Part shown: positions 29,327 to 38,696 of the stretch, in pieces | Numbering within the stretch: the stretch's first letter is position 1 | Layout of the letters: each line of letters opens with the position of its first letter | Source: Chthonomonadia bacterium | GTDB lineage: Bacteria > Armatimonadota > HRBIN16 | Reading direction: 5' to 3' | DNA length: 64,000 nt | Assembly: GCA_013314755.1 (NCBI GenBank) | Contig: JABUFA010000008.1 | Span: 708-64,707 of the forward strand | The notes under the pieces: generated by a model | What the model saw: only the letters and a program-made list of their open reading frames with translations | What the model was told of the DNA's origin: nothing | Databases searched by the model: none | Program-made: the position numbers and the translations under genes

Positions 29327-29908
29327 TTATCCCCGTGTCGTTGCAGAGGAAACCTTCAGGAGCGAACGAGCCAGATCCGATTGCGGCGCCGGCAACGTGC
29401 GTTCGAAATTCGTGACCGCCTTGCCCTGACGACGGTAAAGCTCGACTTCTATCTGGTGCACCAGGACGTTGCGACTCCAGCCGTGCGAAAGGGTTTGCTG
29501 GACATACCAGAGGCGCTCGTTGGGGTTTTTCACCCTGTCCAGCAACACGCAATGGTGCCCCCACGGAATTTGTCCAACAAGCTGCTGGACAATTTGCTCG
29601 TCGTGCCATGCCTCAGCGAATGCCCGCATATAGAAAAGGTTGGCTCTGGATAGTCCCTTCATCTCGGGAAATTCGCGCCTGAGGTCTTGAGCCAGGCGTT
29701 CAATCACCTTCGCGCCCCAGCCTTCCTGTTCTTGCCTTTGGAGAATCTCTCTGCCGATGTGCCAGTAGAGCAGAACCAGCTCCCGATTGACCGACAGAGC
29801 AGCCCGAATCTGCGCCTGGCGAATACGCGCCTTGAGGCTTTCCAGCAGTTCTGAATAGCAGGTGGGTAACAGTGCAACAGGTTGTTGCACTTTTCGGTTA
29901 GCGGTCAT
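29327..29908 (-). pseudogene. DUF1016/YhcG family gene truncated before the PD-(D/E)XK nuclease domain
   Basis: VNRELVLLYWHIG, GWGAKVIERLAQDL, IPWGHH, WSRNVL, NFERTLPAPQSDLA, then an abrupt end at LLK-VSSATTRG where the family continues KDPY. Confidence 0.8.
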
Positions 29909-30039
29909 AGCTCGACTCCTGAAACCCTGCTCTTTTTCGGTCTTCGTGACGCTTTCGTGTTTTCCTGCAAACCTGCCAAACCCGGAAGGTCGGTTGTCGG
30001 CGCCATCGCCAGCGGTGAGAAAACCATCTGCACCATCGG

Positions 30040-30069
30040 TTGACGACCGACCGCCCTTTCATGTATAAT
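30040..30069 (+). promoter_or_regulatory. sigma70 promoter of the aro operon
   Basis: TTGACG-N18-TATAAT. Confidence 0.6.
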
Positions 30070-30113
30070 TCGTTCACCATCCCCACACCGATTGAAGGAG
30101 GAGCACTGCTACC

Positions 30114-31136
30114 TTGGTTATCGTGCTAACGCCTCAAGCGACAGACAAAGATATCGAGGAGCTGACCGACAATCTGAAGGCACGCGGGTTCGGCGTGCAT
30201 ATCTCTCGCGGCGTCGAGCGCACCATCGTCGGCTGTATCGGCGTGCTGGACAGCGAAAAGGCGGCGCTTTCTGAACAGCTGCGCGCCCTGCCCTACGTGG
30301 ACCAGGTGATTATCATCTCCAAGCCGTACAAGCTGGTTGGGCGTCCCTTCCGACCCGAGGGCACTGTCATCGACGTTCGGGGCGTGAAAATCGGCGGAGA
30401 GCAGCTGACCATCATGGCGGGACCCTGCACCATCGAGTCCGAAGAGCAGTTGATGCAGACCGCCCGGTTCGTCAAGCAGATGGGCGCACACATCCTGCGT
30501 GGCGGCGCGTACAAACCCAGTACCTCACCGTATTCGTTCCACGGAATGGGCGAGGAGGGGCTGAAACTGCTGGCGCAGGCACGCGAAGAGACCGGTCTGC
30601 CCATCGTGACCGAGGTAATGGACACGCGCGACGTGGAGCTCGTGGCGCAGTACGCCGACATCCTGCAGGTCGGCACGCGCAACATGACGAACTTTTCTCT
30701 GTTGAAGGAAATCGGCAACACGCGAGTGCCCGTACTGCTCAAGCGAGGCTGGGCGTCGCTGATTGAGGAGTGGATGCAGGCGGCGGAATACATCGCTTCG
30801 CGCGGTAACTACAACATCATCCTGTGCGAACGCGGTATCCGTACCTTTGAAACCTATACCCGAAACACCTTTGACATCAATGCCATCCCTGTCGTGAAAG
30901 AGCTGTCGCATCTACCCATTATCGCCGACCCTTCACATGGCACGGGCAAGGCCAGTCTGGTGCCAGCCATTGCCGCCGCAGCCATCGCAGCGGGCGCGGA
31001 TGGCATCATCGTGGAAGTGCACCCCCAGCCCGAGCGTGCCCTGAAGGACGGGCCGCAGTCCCTGCGGTTCGAAGCCTTTGAGGAGATGATGCAGAAACTG
31101 CGTCGGCTGGCGCCGGCAGTGGGGCGCAGTCTGTAG
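30114..31136 (+). CDS. aroF: DAHP synthase, type I-beta with N-terminal ACT-like domain
   Basis: MAGPCTIES, LRGGAYKP, QVGTRNM, LLKRG, LCERGIRTFE, ADPSHG, EVHP. Confidence 0.93.
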   Translation: MVIVLTPQATDKDIEELTDNLKARGFGVHISRGVERTIVGCIGVLDSEKAALSEQLRALPYVDQVIIISKPYKLVGRPFRPEGTVIDVRGVKIGGEQLTIMAGPCTIESEEQLMQTARFVKQMGAHILRGGAYKPSTSPYSFHGMGEEGLKLLAQAREETGLPIVTEVMDTRDVELVAQYADILQVGTRNMTNFSLLKEIGNTRVPVLLKRGWASLIEEWMQAAEYIASRGNYNIILCERGIRTFETYTRNTFDINAIPVVKELSHLPIIADPSHGTGKASLVPAIAAAAIAAGADGIIVEVHPQPERALKDGPQSLRFEAFEEMMQKLRRLAPAVGRSL

Positions 31137-31145
31137 GAGGTCGTA

Positions 31146-31994
31146 ATGGCAGAGACGATTTGCGAAAGGCTGTGTATCGTTGGCGTGGGGCTTATCGGAG
31201 GCTCCATTGGCATGGGGGCACGCCGGCGAGCGCTGGCAAAACAGGTGGTGGGTGTCGGACGCAGCGCTGAACGGCTTCAGGTGGCGTTGCAGGCGGGCGC
31301 GATCGACTCGGCAACCACCTCTCTGCAGGAAGGGGTCACTGGGGCGGATATGGTGGTGGTATGTACACCCGTGGGGTTAATCGTGCCCACCATGCGGCTG
31401 TTCCAGCAATGGATTTCCCCCCAGTGCGTGGTGACGGACGTGGGCTCGGTGAAAAGCAGTATCGTTCGGCAAGCCACCGACCTGCTAGGGGTGCGTTTCG
31501 TTGGAGGGCATCCCATGGCGGGGTCGGAACAAACGGGGGTGCACAACGCACGCGCCGACCTGTTCGAGAACACCACCTGGGCGCTCACCCCCACCGAGCA
31601 GACGTCGCCAGAGGCTCTACAGAAGGTCTCTGCCCTGGCGCAGGCGCTGGGAGCGCAGGTCATCACCGCCGACCCCGACGAGCATGACCGCGCCGTTGCG
31701 CTGACCAGCCACCTGCCCCATGCGCTGGCGCTGGCACTGGTACACGTCGCCGAGAACACTCCGTACCCCCAGTTAATCGGCGGCAGTTTTCGGGATGGCA
31801 CGCGCGTTGCGGGCAGCTCGCCCGAGCTGTGGCGCGATATTTTCCTGTTTAACCGCGAGCATGTTCTCTGGGCAATCGACGAGTTTATCGGCAAACTGCA
31901 GGAGGTGCGCTCTGCCATCGCCGAGGAAGACGCCGAGACCATTCAGCGTCTGTTTACCGAGGCGCATATCCTTCGGCAGGCGTTTGGACTATGA
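31146..31994 (+). CDS. tyrA: Prephenate/arogenate dehydrogenase
   Basis: GVGLIGGS, TDVGSVK, GGHPMAGSE, SHLPH, FRDGTRVA. Confidence 0.92.
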   Translation: MAETICERLCIVGVGLIGGSIGMGARRRALAKQVVGVGRSAERLQVALQAGAIDSATTSLQEGVTGADMVVVCTPVGLIVPTMRLFQQWISPQCVVTDVGSVKSSIVRQATDLLGVRFVGGHPMAGSEQTGVHNARADLFENTTWALTPTEQTSPEALQKVSALAQALGAQVITADPDEHDRAVALTSHLPHALALALVHVAENTPYPQLIGGSFRDGTRVAGSSPELWRDIFLFNREHVLWAIDEFIGKLQEVRSAIAEEDAETIQRLFTEAHILRQAFGL

Positions 31995-33289
31995 CCTCTA
32001 TTCGCGAAATCGTTCCTCTGCGCTCGGTACCGGAGGCTGTGGTAGACCTGCCGGGTTCCAAAAGCATCACCAACCGCGCTTTACTGCTCGCCGCCCTCTG
32101 TCCTCAGCAGGTAACCATCACCCACGCCCTGGACTCGGAAGATACCCAGGTGATGCAGGAGAGCCTGACGCGGCTGGGGTTCCAGATAACGAAGCCCTGC
32201 CCCGACACTATCATCATCCGAGGGGAAGGGGGCAAAATACCCGCCGCGCAGGCTGACCTGTGGGTGGCGAACGCCGGAACCGCCGCGCGCTTTCTCACCG
32301 CGATGGTCGCACTGGGCGATGGAACCTATCGGTTAGACGGCACACCGCGCATGCGCCAGCGACCCATTCAGCCCCTGCTGGATGCCCTGAACGCGCTGGG
32401 AGCCGAAGCGGTTTCGGAAGCGGGGACAGGCTGTCCACCGGTGACCGTTCGCGCCCGCGGGTTAAAAGGGGGAGAGGTTTCCGTGCGCGGCGACATCAGC
32501 AGTCAGTTCCTGTCCGCGCTGATGATGGTGGCTCCCTGTGCGTCGGGCTCGGTTACCATACACATTGAGGGCAATCTGGTATCTGCGCCCTTTGTGCAGA
32601 TGACCCTGCGCATGATGAAGCAGTTCGGGGTGGACGCCTGCTGGGAGGAAAGAAACGCGCGCATCGTCGTGCCCGCTCCCCAGCAATATCACCTGACAGG
32701 TGATGCCACCTATGCTGTAGAGCCTGACGCTACCGCTGCCTCCTACTTCTTCGCCGCCGCAGCTATCACCGGGGGGCGAGTGCGTGTGCCGGGGCTGAGC
32801 CGTGAATCCCTGCAGGGTGATATTCGCTTCGTGGATATTCTCGAACAGATGGGATGTGCCGTGTGCTGGCTCCCCGACGCGGTGGAAGTTCAGGGCACGG
32901 CCACCCTGCACGGTGTGGATGTGAACATGTCGGACATCTCGGATACCTTTATCACGCTGGCGGTGGTGGCGCCGTTTGCCGACGGCCCAACTCGCATCCG
33001 GGGTGTGGAGCACGCCCGCTATCAGGAGAGCAACCGGGTCAGCGCGGTCGCCACCGAGTTGAGAAGGTTAGGCGTCTCTGTGGAAGAACATACTGATGGG
33101 TTAACAATCTATCCGGGCAAGCCGACGGGAGGCATTGTGCAAACGTACAACGACCATCGTATCGCGATGGCGTTCGCGCTGATTGGGCTTCGCGTGCCCG
33201 GCATCGCCATCGCCGACCCGGAGTGCGTGCACAAAACCTTTCCGAACTTCTTCGAGAAGTTGCAGGAACTGCAAGGAGGTGCGCGGTGA
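31991..33289 (+). CDS. aroA: EPSP synthase
   Basis: LPGSKSITNR, NAGTAARF, RP, SSQFLSA, ESNR, DHRIAM, KTFP. Confidence 0.95.
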   Translation: MTSIREIVPLRSVPEAVVDLPGSKSITNRALLLAALCPQQVTITHALDSEDTQVMQESLTRLGFQITKPCPDTIIIRGEGGKIPAAQADLWVANAGTAARFLTAMVALGDGTYRLDGTPRMRQRPIQPLLDALNALGAEAVSEAGTGCPPVTVRARGLKGGEVSVRGDISSQFLSALMMVAPCASGSVTIHIEGNLVSAPFVQMTLRMMKQFGVDACWEERNARIVVPAPQQYHLTGDATYAVEPDATAASYFFAAAAITGGRVRVPGLSRESLQGDIRFVDILEQMGCAVCWLPDAVEVQGTATLHGVDVNMSDISDTFITLAVVAPFADGPTRIRGVEHARYQESNRVSAVATELRRLGVSVEEHTDGLTIYPGKPTGGIVQTYNDHRIAMAFALIGLRVPGIAIADPECVHKTFPNFFEKLQELQGGAR

Positions 33290-33978
33290 AGCAGAGAGTG
33301 GTCGCCATTGACGGTCCCGCTGGGGCTGGCAAGAGCAGTGTGGCAAAGCGCGTGGCGCAGGCGCTGGGCTACCGGTATCTGGACACGGGCGCGCTGTACC
33401 GTGCGCTAGCGTGGAAGGCTATTAAGAGCGGATTGCGCCCGCAGGACGCCAGCTATATCGTGGACATGACCCGCGAGACGAAGGTGGAACTGCAACAGCA
33501 CAACGGGGAACAGCGCGTGCTGGTGGACGGCGAGGACGTCACCGAGGCGATTCGCGCGCCCGAGGTTGCCAACCTTGCCTCGCCCATTTCCGCCATCCCC
33601 GAGGTGCGCGAGATTCTGCTGGACTGGCAGAGAGATTTCGCCCGGCAGGGCGGCACCGTTGCCGAGGGGCGCGATACGGGCACGGTGGTCTTCCCCAATG
33701 CGGGAGTGAAGATATTTCTCACCGCGTCGCTGGACGAGCGCGCCCGCAGGCGACACAGGGAACTTCTGGAGCGAGGCATCAACATCTCCCTTCAGCAGGT
33801 GAAGCTGGACATGGAAGCGCGAGACCAGCGCGACAGTACCCGCCATATTGCCCCTCTTCGCCCTGCGCCCGACGCGGTGATTATCGACACCGAACACCTG
33901 AGCCTGGACGAGGTGGTGGAGGAGGTGCTCAAGATATGCCGTGCCCGGTTCACGAACGAAGCGCCACCCTCTACCTGA
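33286..33978 (+). CDS. cmk: Cytidylate kinase
   Basis: AIDGPAGAGKS, LDTGALYR, EGRDTGTVVFP, KIFLTAS. GTG overlaps the aroA stop. Confidence 0.95.
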   Translation: MKQRVVAIDGPAGAGKSSVAKRVAQALGYRYLDTGALYRALAWKAIKSGLRPQDASYIVDMTRETKVELQQHNGEQRVLVDGEDVTEAIRAPEVANLASPISAIPEVREILLDWQRDFARQGGTVAEGRDTGTVVFPNAGVKIFLTASLDERARRRHRELLERGINISLQQVKLDMEARDQRDSTRHIAPLRPAPDAVIIDTEHLSLDEVVEEVLKICRARFTNEAPPST

Positions 33979-34631
33979 TTTCGCGCTGGGTGATATGCCC
34001 CATCCTGCGCATCTTCTTCTGGATGAAGGTAGAGGGGCGCGAGAACATCCCGCCCGGCGCGGCGATTCTGGCTCCCAACCACACGAGTTACATGGACCCG
34101 CCCGTGGTGGGGTGCGCCGCCTGGCCCCGGCGATGCTGTTTCATGGGCAAGGCGCCGCTCTTCAAGATACCCCTTTTAGGCTGGTACATCTGCCGCGTGG
34201 GGTGCTTCCCCGTCCACCAGAACACCGCCGACCGCCAGGCGTTGCGCACCGCGCTGGATGTGCTGAGGCAGGGTGAACTGCTGATCATGTTTCCCGAAGG
34301 CACGCGCAGTGGAGACGGCTATCTGCTGGAGCCGCAGACCGGCGTGGCCCTGCTGGCAAAGATGAGCGGTGCGCCCGTTGTGCCCACGGCGATTATTGGC
34401 ACGCGCGAGATTATGCCCGCAGACTCTCGCCTGCCGCGATGGCACCGTTTGCAGGTCGTCTTCGGGGAGCCGATGCACTACGAACAGTTCGCCCAGCAAT
34501 ACGAAAGCGACCGTCAGGCGCGGGAAGCGTTCAGCCATGAGCTGATGCGCCGCATCGGCGAGATGATGGAGAGCCGAGGCTACCCCGCCTTCCGCCCAAA
34601 GACGCCTGACCAGCCGGCATCTGCCAGATAG
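33936..34631 (+). CDS. plsC: 1-acyl-sn-glycerol-3-phosphate acyltransferase
   Basis: NHTSYMD (HX4D) and FPEGTRS; follows cmk. Exact start uncertain. Confidence 0.88.
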   Translation: MPCPVHERSATLYLISRWVICPILRIFFWMKVEGRENIPPGAAILAPNHTSYMDPPVVGCAAWPRRCCFMGKAPLFKIPLLGWYICRVGCFPVHQNTADRQALRTALDVLRQGELLIMFPEGTRSGDGYLLEPQTGVALLAKMSGAPVVPTAIIGTREIMPADSRLPRWHRLQVVFGEPMHYEQFAQQYESDRQAREAFSHELMRRIGEMMESRGYPAFRPKTPDQPASAR

Positions 34632-34666
34632 CTGCCACGTGGTATAATACAAGAAGGTGATAAGTG

Positions 34667-35536
34667 ATGGCTTTAGAAACTCTCGAGGATATCATTCGCG
34701 CCTTACAGGAGCATCCCGAGTGGCGAGAGCCTCTGCTGGAAGCACTCCTGCCTGAACGTTATAAGCGACTTCCTGAACGTACAGACCGTCTGGAAGAAGC
34801 GCTGATACGCCTCGCGGAACAGAGCACAGAAACCGATCGGCGTCTGCGTGAACTGGCTGAGGAGACAAACAAGCGATTTCAGGAGATGGCAGTGCGACAG
34901 GAGGCGACCGACCGTCGGCTGGAACAGCTTACCGAACGAGTGGATGCGCTCACCGCACGGGTGGATGACCTTACCGTCAGGTTGGAACAACTCACCGCAC
35001 GGGTGGATGACCTTACCGTCAGGTTGGAACAACTCACCGCACGGGTGGACGATATTGCCGCCCAGCTGAACAGGCTGATAGAACGTGTTGACAACATGCA
35101 GAAGGACATTGGCGAACTGAAAGGATTTCATCTGGAGCACTATTATCGTAACAACGCTACCGCAATCCTGGGGCTTTTCTTCCGCAAGCTTCGCGTAGTG
35201 GACAAGGGGAGGCTGATTGACTCGCTGTATGAACAGCATCCTCTGAGCCGTGAGGAGTGGGAGCAGATTCTGGCGGTAGACCTGCTGGTCACCGGCCGCC
35301 ATCGCGCTACCGACGAAGAGTATCTGATGGTGTGGGAGATTTCGTGGACTGTGGACGAAAGCGATGTGCTTCGCGCCCTTGAGCGGGCGGATCTTTTGCG
35401 CCGACGAGGGATGAGCACCCTGCCGGTAGTGGCGGGAAAAGGCGTTACCGGTAACGCTCGCTCTCTGGCAGAAGCACGCCAAGTGCTGGTCGTTCTGGAC
35501 TCGTTTCCTGTGGATGGCACAGGGATAATGAGATAG
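34667..35536 (+). CDS. Heptad-repeat coiled-coil protein with a C-terminal PD-(D/E)XK-like domain
   Basis: LEQLTARVDDLTVR repeats; C-terminal VDLLVTG...LMVWEIS...DVLRALERA; upstream TGGTATAAT extended -10. Confidence 0.7.
   Translation: MALETLEDIIRALQEHPEWREPLLEALLPERYKRLPERTDRLEEALIRLAEQSTETDRRLRELAEETNKRFQEMAVRQEATDRRLEQLTERVDALTARVDDLTVRLEQLTARVDDLTVRLEQLTARVDDIAAQLNRLIERVDNMQKDIGELKGFHLEHYYRNNATAILGLFFRKLRVVDKGRLIDSLYEQHPLSREEWEQILAVDLLVTGRHRATDEEYLMVWEISWTVDESDVLRALERADLLRRRGMSTLPVVAGKGVTGNARSLAEARQVLVVLDSFPVDGTGIMR
34949..35049 (+). repeat. 42-bp perfect coding tandem repeat (2.4 copies)
   Basis: CTCACCGCACGGGTGGATGACCTTACCGTCAGGTTGGAACAA at 34949 and 34991, partial copy at 35033. Confidence 0.9.
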
Positions 35537-35538
35537 CC

Positions 35539-36585
35539 CTACTCTACCACAATCAACCCCGGCTCCGCCTCTAACACCTCACCAATGACCTGCGCACAGG
35601 GGGTCTGGTGTTTGTGCAGTGCCGTCAGCAGGGCATCCGCTCGCTCGGGTGCTACCGCAATCACCAGCCCTCCTGAAGTCTGCGGGTCCAGCAAGACATG
35701 CTGAATCGACAGGGGAACGCTGTCGCTTGTTTGCAGAAACTCTCCAACGTACTCGCGGTTCAGGCTTCCGCCTCGTGTGGTGTTACCCTGCATTGCCAGG
35801 CGTTCGGCGTCGGGCAGAAACGGTATCCTCTGCCAGTTCAGGCGAATCGCCACCCCACTTACCCGCGCCATCTGGTGCAGATGCCCAATCAGCCCGAAGC
35901 CGGTTACGTCCGTTGCCGCGTGCACGCCTACCTCCTGCATTGCCTCAGCTGCTCCAGCGTTCAGCGTCGCCATCACCTGTATCGCCTCGTCCAGAACTTC
36001 GGGGGGACACTCGTCGAACTTCGCTGCGGTGGTGATGATGCCCACCCCCAGCGGCTTGGTCAACACCAGCAGGTCGCCGGGCACCGCTCCGGCGTTGGTA
36101 ACCACCTTCTGCGGGTGCACCAAGCCCGTTACCGCCATGCCGTATTTGGGTTCGGGGTCGTCCACGCTGTGCCCGCCGACGATGACCACGCCTGCCTCCT
36201 GTGCCTTGTCGTAACCACCGCGCAGGATGTCTGCCAGCATCTCGGCGGGAGCGTTTTCAATGGGGAAGCAGACCAGATTCAACGCGGTCAGCGGTCTGCC
36301 CCCCATCGCGTACACGTCGCTGAAGCTGTTTGCGGCGGCGATGGCGCCGTACCAGTAGGGGTCATCCACCACCGGAGTGAAGAAATCCACCGTCTGCACG
36401 AGCGCGAGGTCCTCGCGGACGCGAAACACTCCTGCATCGTCGCGGGTGTCAATCCCTACCAGCAGGTCCGGGTGAGCGATATCCGGGAACTGACGCAGAA
36501 CCTGCGCCAGCTGGGTGGGTCCCAGTTTGCTCGCTCAACCCGCACAGCGCACCAGCTGGGTGAGCCTCAGGCGTTTGTCCTGCAA
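35539..36585 (-). CDS. selD: Selenide, water dikinase; selenoprotein with Sec at codon 17
   Basis: TTG start at 36585 (GGAGG RBS) gives MQDKRLRLTQLVRCAG-TGA-ASKLGP...DDAGVFR, in frame with the ORF-track fragment (QTVDFFTP, DVYAMGG, TDVTGFGL, DPQTSGGL). The TGA at 36535-36537 is at the catalytic Cys/Sec position. Confidence 0.93.
36490..36510 (-). promoter_or_regulatory. Candidate bacterial SECIS hairpin of selD
   Basis: CUGGCGCAG-GUU-CUGCGUCAG stem with the loop G ~33 nt after the UGA. An alternative stem CUGGG-ACCCA-CCCAG lies closer. Confidence 0.5.
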
Positions 36586-36586
36586 T

Positions 36587-37075
36587 TTATCCTCCCTGCA
36601 GTTTCCGGTTCTTCTCGCGCGACTGCTCGGCTATCTGCTCTTTAAACTGCACCAGCTTCGCGTGAAGTTCGGGGTTTGCTGTGGCCAGTATCTGCACCGC
36701 CAGAATGCCTGCGTTGCGCCCGCCGCCGATGGCTACCGTCGCCACGGGCACGCCGGGAGGCATCTGCACGATGGAGAGCAGGGAATCCAGCCCCTGCAGT
36801 TTGCTCTCAATGGGCACACCAATCACAGGCAGGGTGGTTACCCCGGCGACCACGCCGGGCAGGTGTGCGGCACCGCCTGCCCCTGCGATAATCACCCGCA
36901 AGCCGCGTTCGTGCGCCGTGCGGGCATACTCTATGGTATCAAATGGTGTGCGATGCGCCGAGGAGACCTTCATCTCGTAGGGTACGCCGAATTGCTCCAG
37001 CACTTCCGCCGCCTGTTTCATCACCGGCAGGTCGGAATCACTGCCCATCAGAATCCCCACCAGCGGTTGCGACAT
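36587..37075 (-). CDS. purE: N5-CAIR mutase
   Basis: [37 protein letters not shown]. Confidence 0.96.
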   Translation of the reverse strand: MSQPLVGILMGSDSDLPVMKQAAEVLEQFGVPYEMKVSSAHRTPFDTIEYARTAHERGLRVIIAGAGGAAHLPGVVAGVTTLPVIGVPIESKLQGLDSLLSIVQMPPGVPVATVAIGGGRNAGILAVQILATANPELHAKLVQFKEQIAEQSREKNRKLQGG

Positions 37076-37109
37076 CTCCTACCTCCTTCCGTTTTTCCCG
37101 AATGATACC

Positions 37110-38696
37110 CTATTCTGCCGTCACCTTCGCAATGGCCTCGCGCAGGGCGAACAGGGTCACCGGCTTGATCAGCACATAGTCCACCAGATGCGAATAGGCA
37201 TTTTGCGACACGCGCTGGTCGCCGAACCCGGTGAGCAAAATGATGGGCTTGTTGGGGGCAATCTTCTTGATTTCCGCCGCCAGCTGCTCTCCGCTCATGA
37301 CCGGCATCGCCAGGTCGGTAATCACCAGGTCATAGCGCGACGCCAGAAACCGCTCCAGCCCCTGTTTGCCGTCCGATGCCACGTCCACCGTATGCCCCTG
37401 CCGGAGCAGGTGCTCTACCACAACCTCGCGCACCAGAGGCTTGTCCTCCACGAACAGGATTCGCAGAGGGCGCAGGGGGGCAGTATCCTCCTTCACAAGC
37501 GTGTCCTCCGCCGGGGCAGAATCCACCGGCAGATACACCCGCATCACCGTGCCCTTGCCTATCGCGCTTTCTACCTCTATCCTGCCCTCATGCCTCTGTA
37601 CAATGCCGTATACCATCGCCAGCCCCAGCCCCGATCCCTGCTCACTCTTCGTTGTAAAGAACGGCTCGAAACAGCGCGCGCGGGTCTCTTCGTCCATGCC
37701 GATGCCGTTATCCTCCACCTCCATCAGCACCCATGTGCGTCCACATTCGCTCACCGTGCGCGTGCGCACGATAATGTCTCCACCGCGAGGAAGGGCATCT
37801 ACCGCGTTGAAGATGAGGTTCTGCAACACTTCGCGCAGTTCGCTGCCGTTGGCACGAAGGAGAGGAACCGGCTGAAGGTCGGTATGCATCTGAATAAAAA
37901 CGCCTCTTGCCTCCGCCTGCTCGCGCCAGCGGGGAGCGGTCATCTGAACGGCTTCCTCTACCAGCGCGTTCACGTCTACCGGCTGGCGCAGCTCGGCGCG
38001 TCCGCGCGGGCGATAGAACTCACGCAGGCGGCTGACCGTCTGTGCTGCGTCCTGTGCCGCGGTGTGAATCATCTCCAGATAACGGCGCACCTGAGGGTCA
38101 GCGGTGACAGCCGGGTTGTCCAGCAGAAGCTCGGTCAGACCCAGAATGGGCGTGAGCGCGTTGTTGAAGTCGTGAGCGATGCCGCTTGCCATCTCGCCAA
38201 GCGCGCGCAGGCGTTGTTGCTGGATAATCTGCTGTTGGGTCTCCTGCAACTGCCTCAACGCCTCCTGAAGCGATTGATGCGACCGCTGGAGCTCCTGCAT
38301 CGCCTGCGCATGGGACTGCTTCAGCCGTTCGCGCTCTATCGCCTCTACGATGGCATCGGGCAGGCGAGCCAGATGCCCCTTCAGCACATAATCGCTCAGC
38401 CCCTCACGCATCCCCTGTACGGCAATCTCCTCACTACCCGAGTCGGTGACCATAACGACGGGAACGTGAGGATACCGAAGTTTGACCGTCTGCAGTACCG
38501 CCAGCCCATCCGACCAGTGCAGGTGGTAGTCGGTGAGCACAACGTCAAAGCCGCCCTCGTCCAGGGCGCGTTTGAAGCTCTCGTGGTCTGTCGCTTCTAT
38601 CACCTGCAGGTCAGGAATGTGTTTGCGCAACAGCCTTGTAATCAACACGCGGTCGTTCGGGTTATTATCTACCAGCAGCACTTTCATCACTTTCAC
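37110..38696 (-). CDS. Cytoplasmic hybrid histidine kinase (REC-HisKA-HATPase-REC)
   Basis: N-terminal REC (VLTDYHL), GIAHDFNN H-box, NLIFNAVDA, DNGIGM, FEPFFTTK, GLGL, C-terminal REC (ITDLAMP). Confidence 0.9.
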   Translation of the reverse strand: MKVMKVLLVDNNPNDRVLITRLLRKHIPDLQVIEATDHESFKRALDEGGFDVVLTDYHLHWSDGLAVLQTVKLRYPHVPVVMVTDSGSEEIAVQGMREGLSDYVLKGHLARLPDAIVEAIERERLKQSHAQAMQELQRSHQSLQEALRQLQETQQQIIQQQRLRALGEMASGIAHDFNNALTPILGLTELLLDNPAVTADPQVRRYLEMIHTAAQDAAQTVSRLREFYRPRGRAELRQPVDVNALVEEAVQMTAPRWREQAEARGVFIQMHTDLQPVPLLRANGSELREVLQNLIFNAVDALPRGGDIIVRTRTVSECGRTWVLMEVEDNGIGMDEETRARCFEPFFTTKSEQGSGLGLAMVYGIVQRHEGRIEVESAIGKGTVMRVYLPVDSAPAEDTLVKEDTAPLRPLRILFVEDKPLVREVVVEHLLRQGHTVDVASDGKQGLERFLASRYDLVITDLAMPVMSGEQLAAEIKKIAPNKPIILLTGFGDQRVSQNAYSHLVDYVLIKPVTLFALREAIAKVTAE

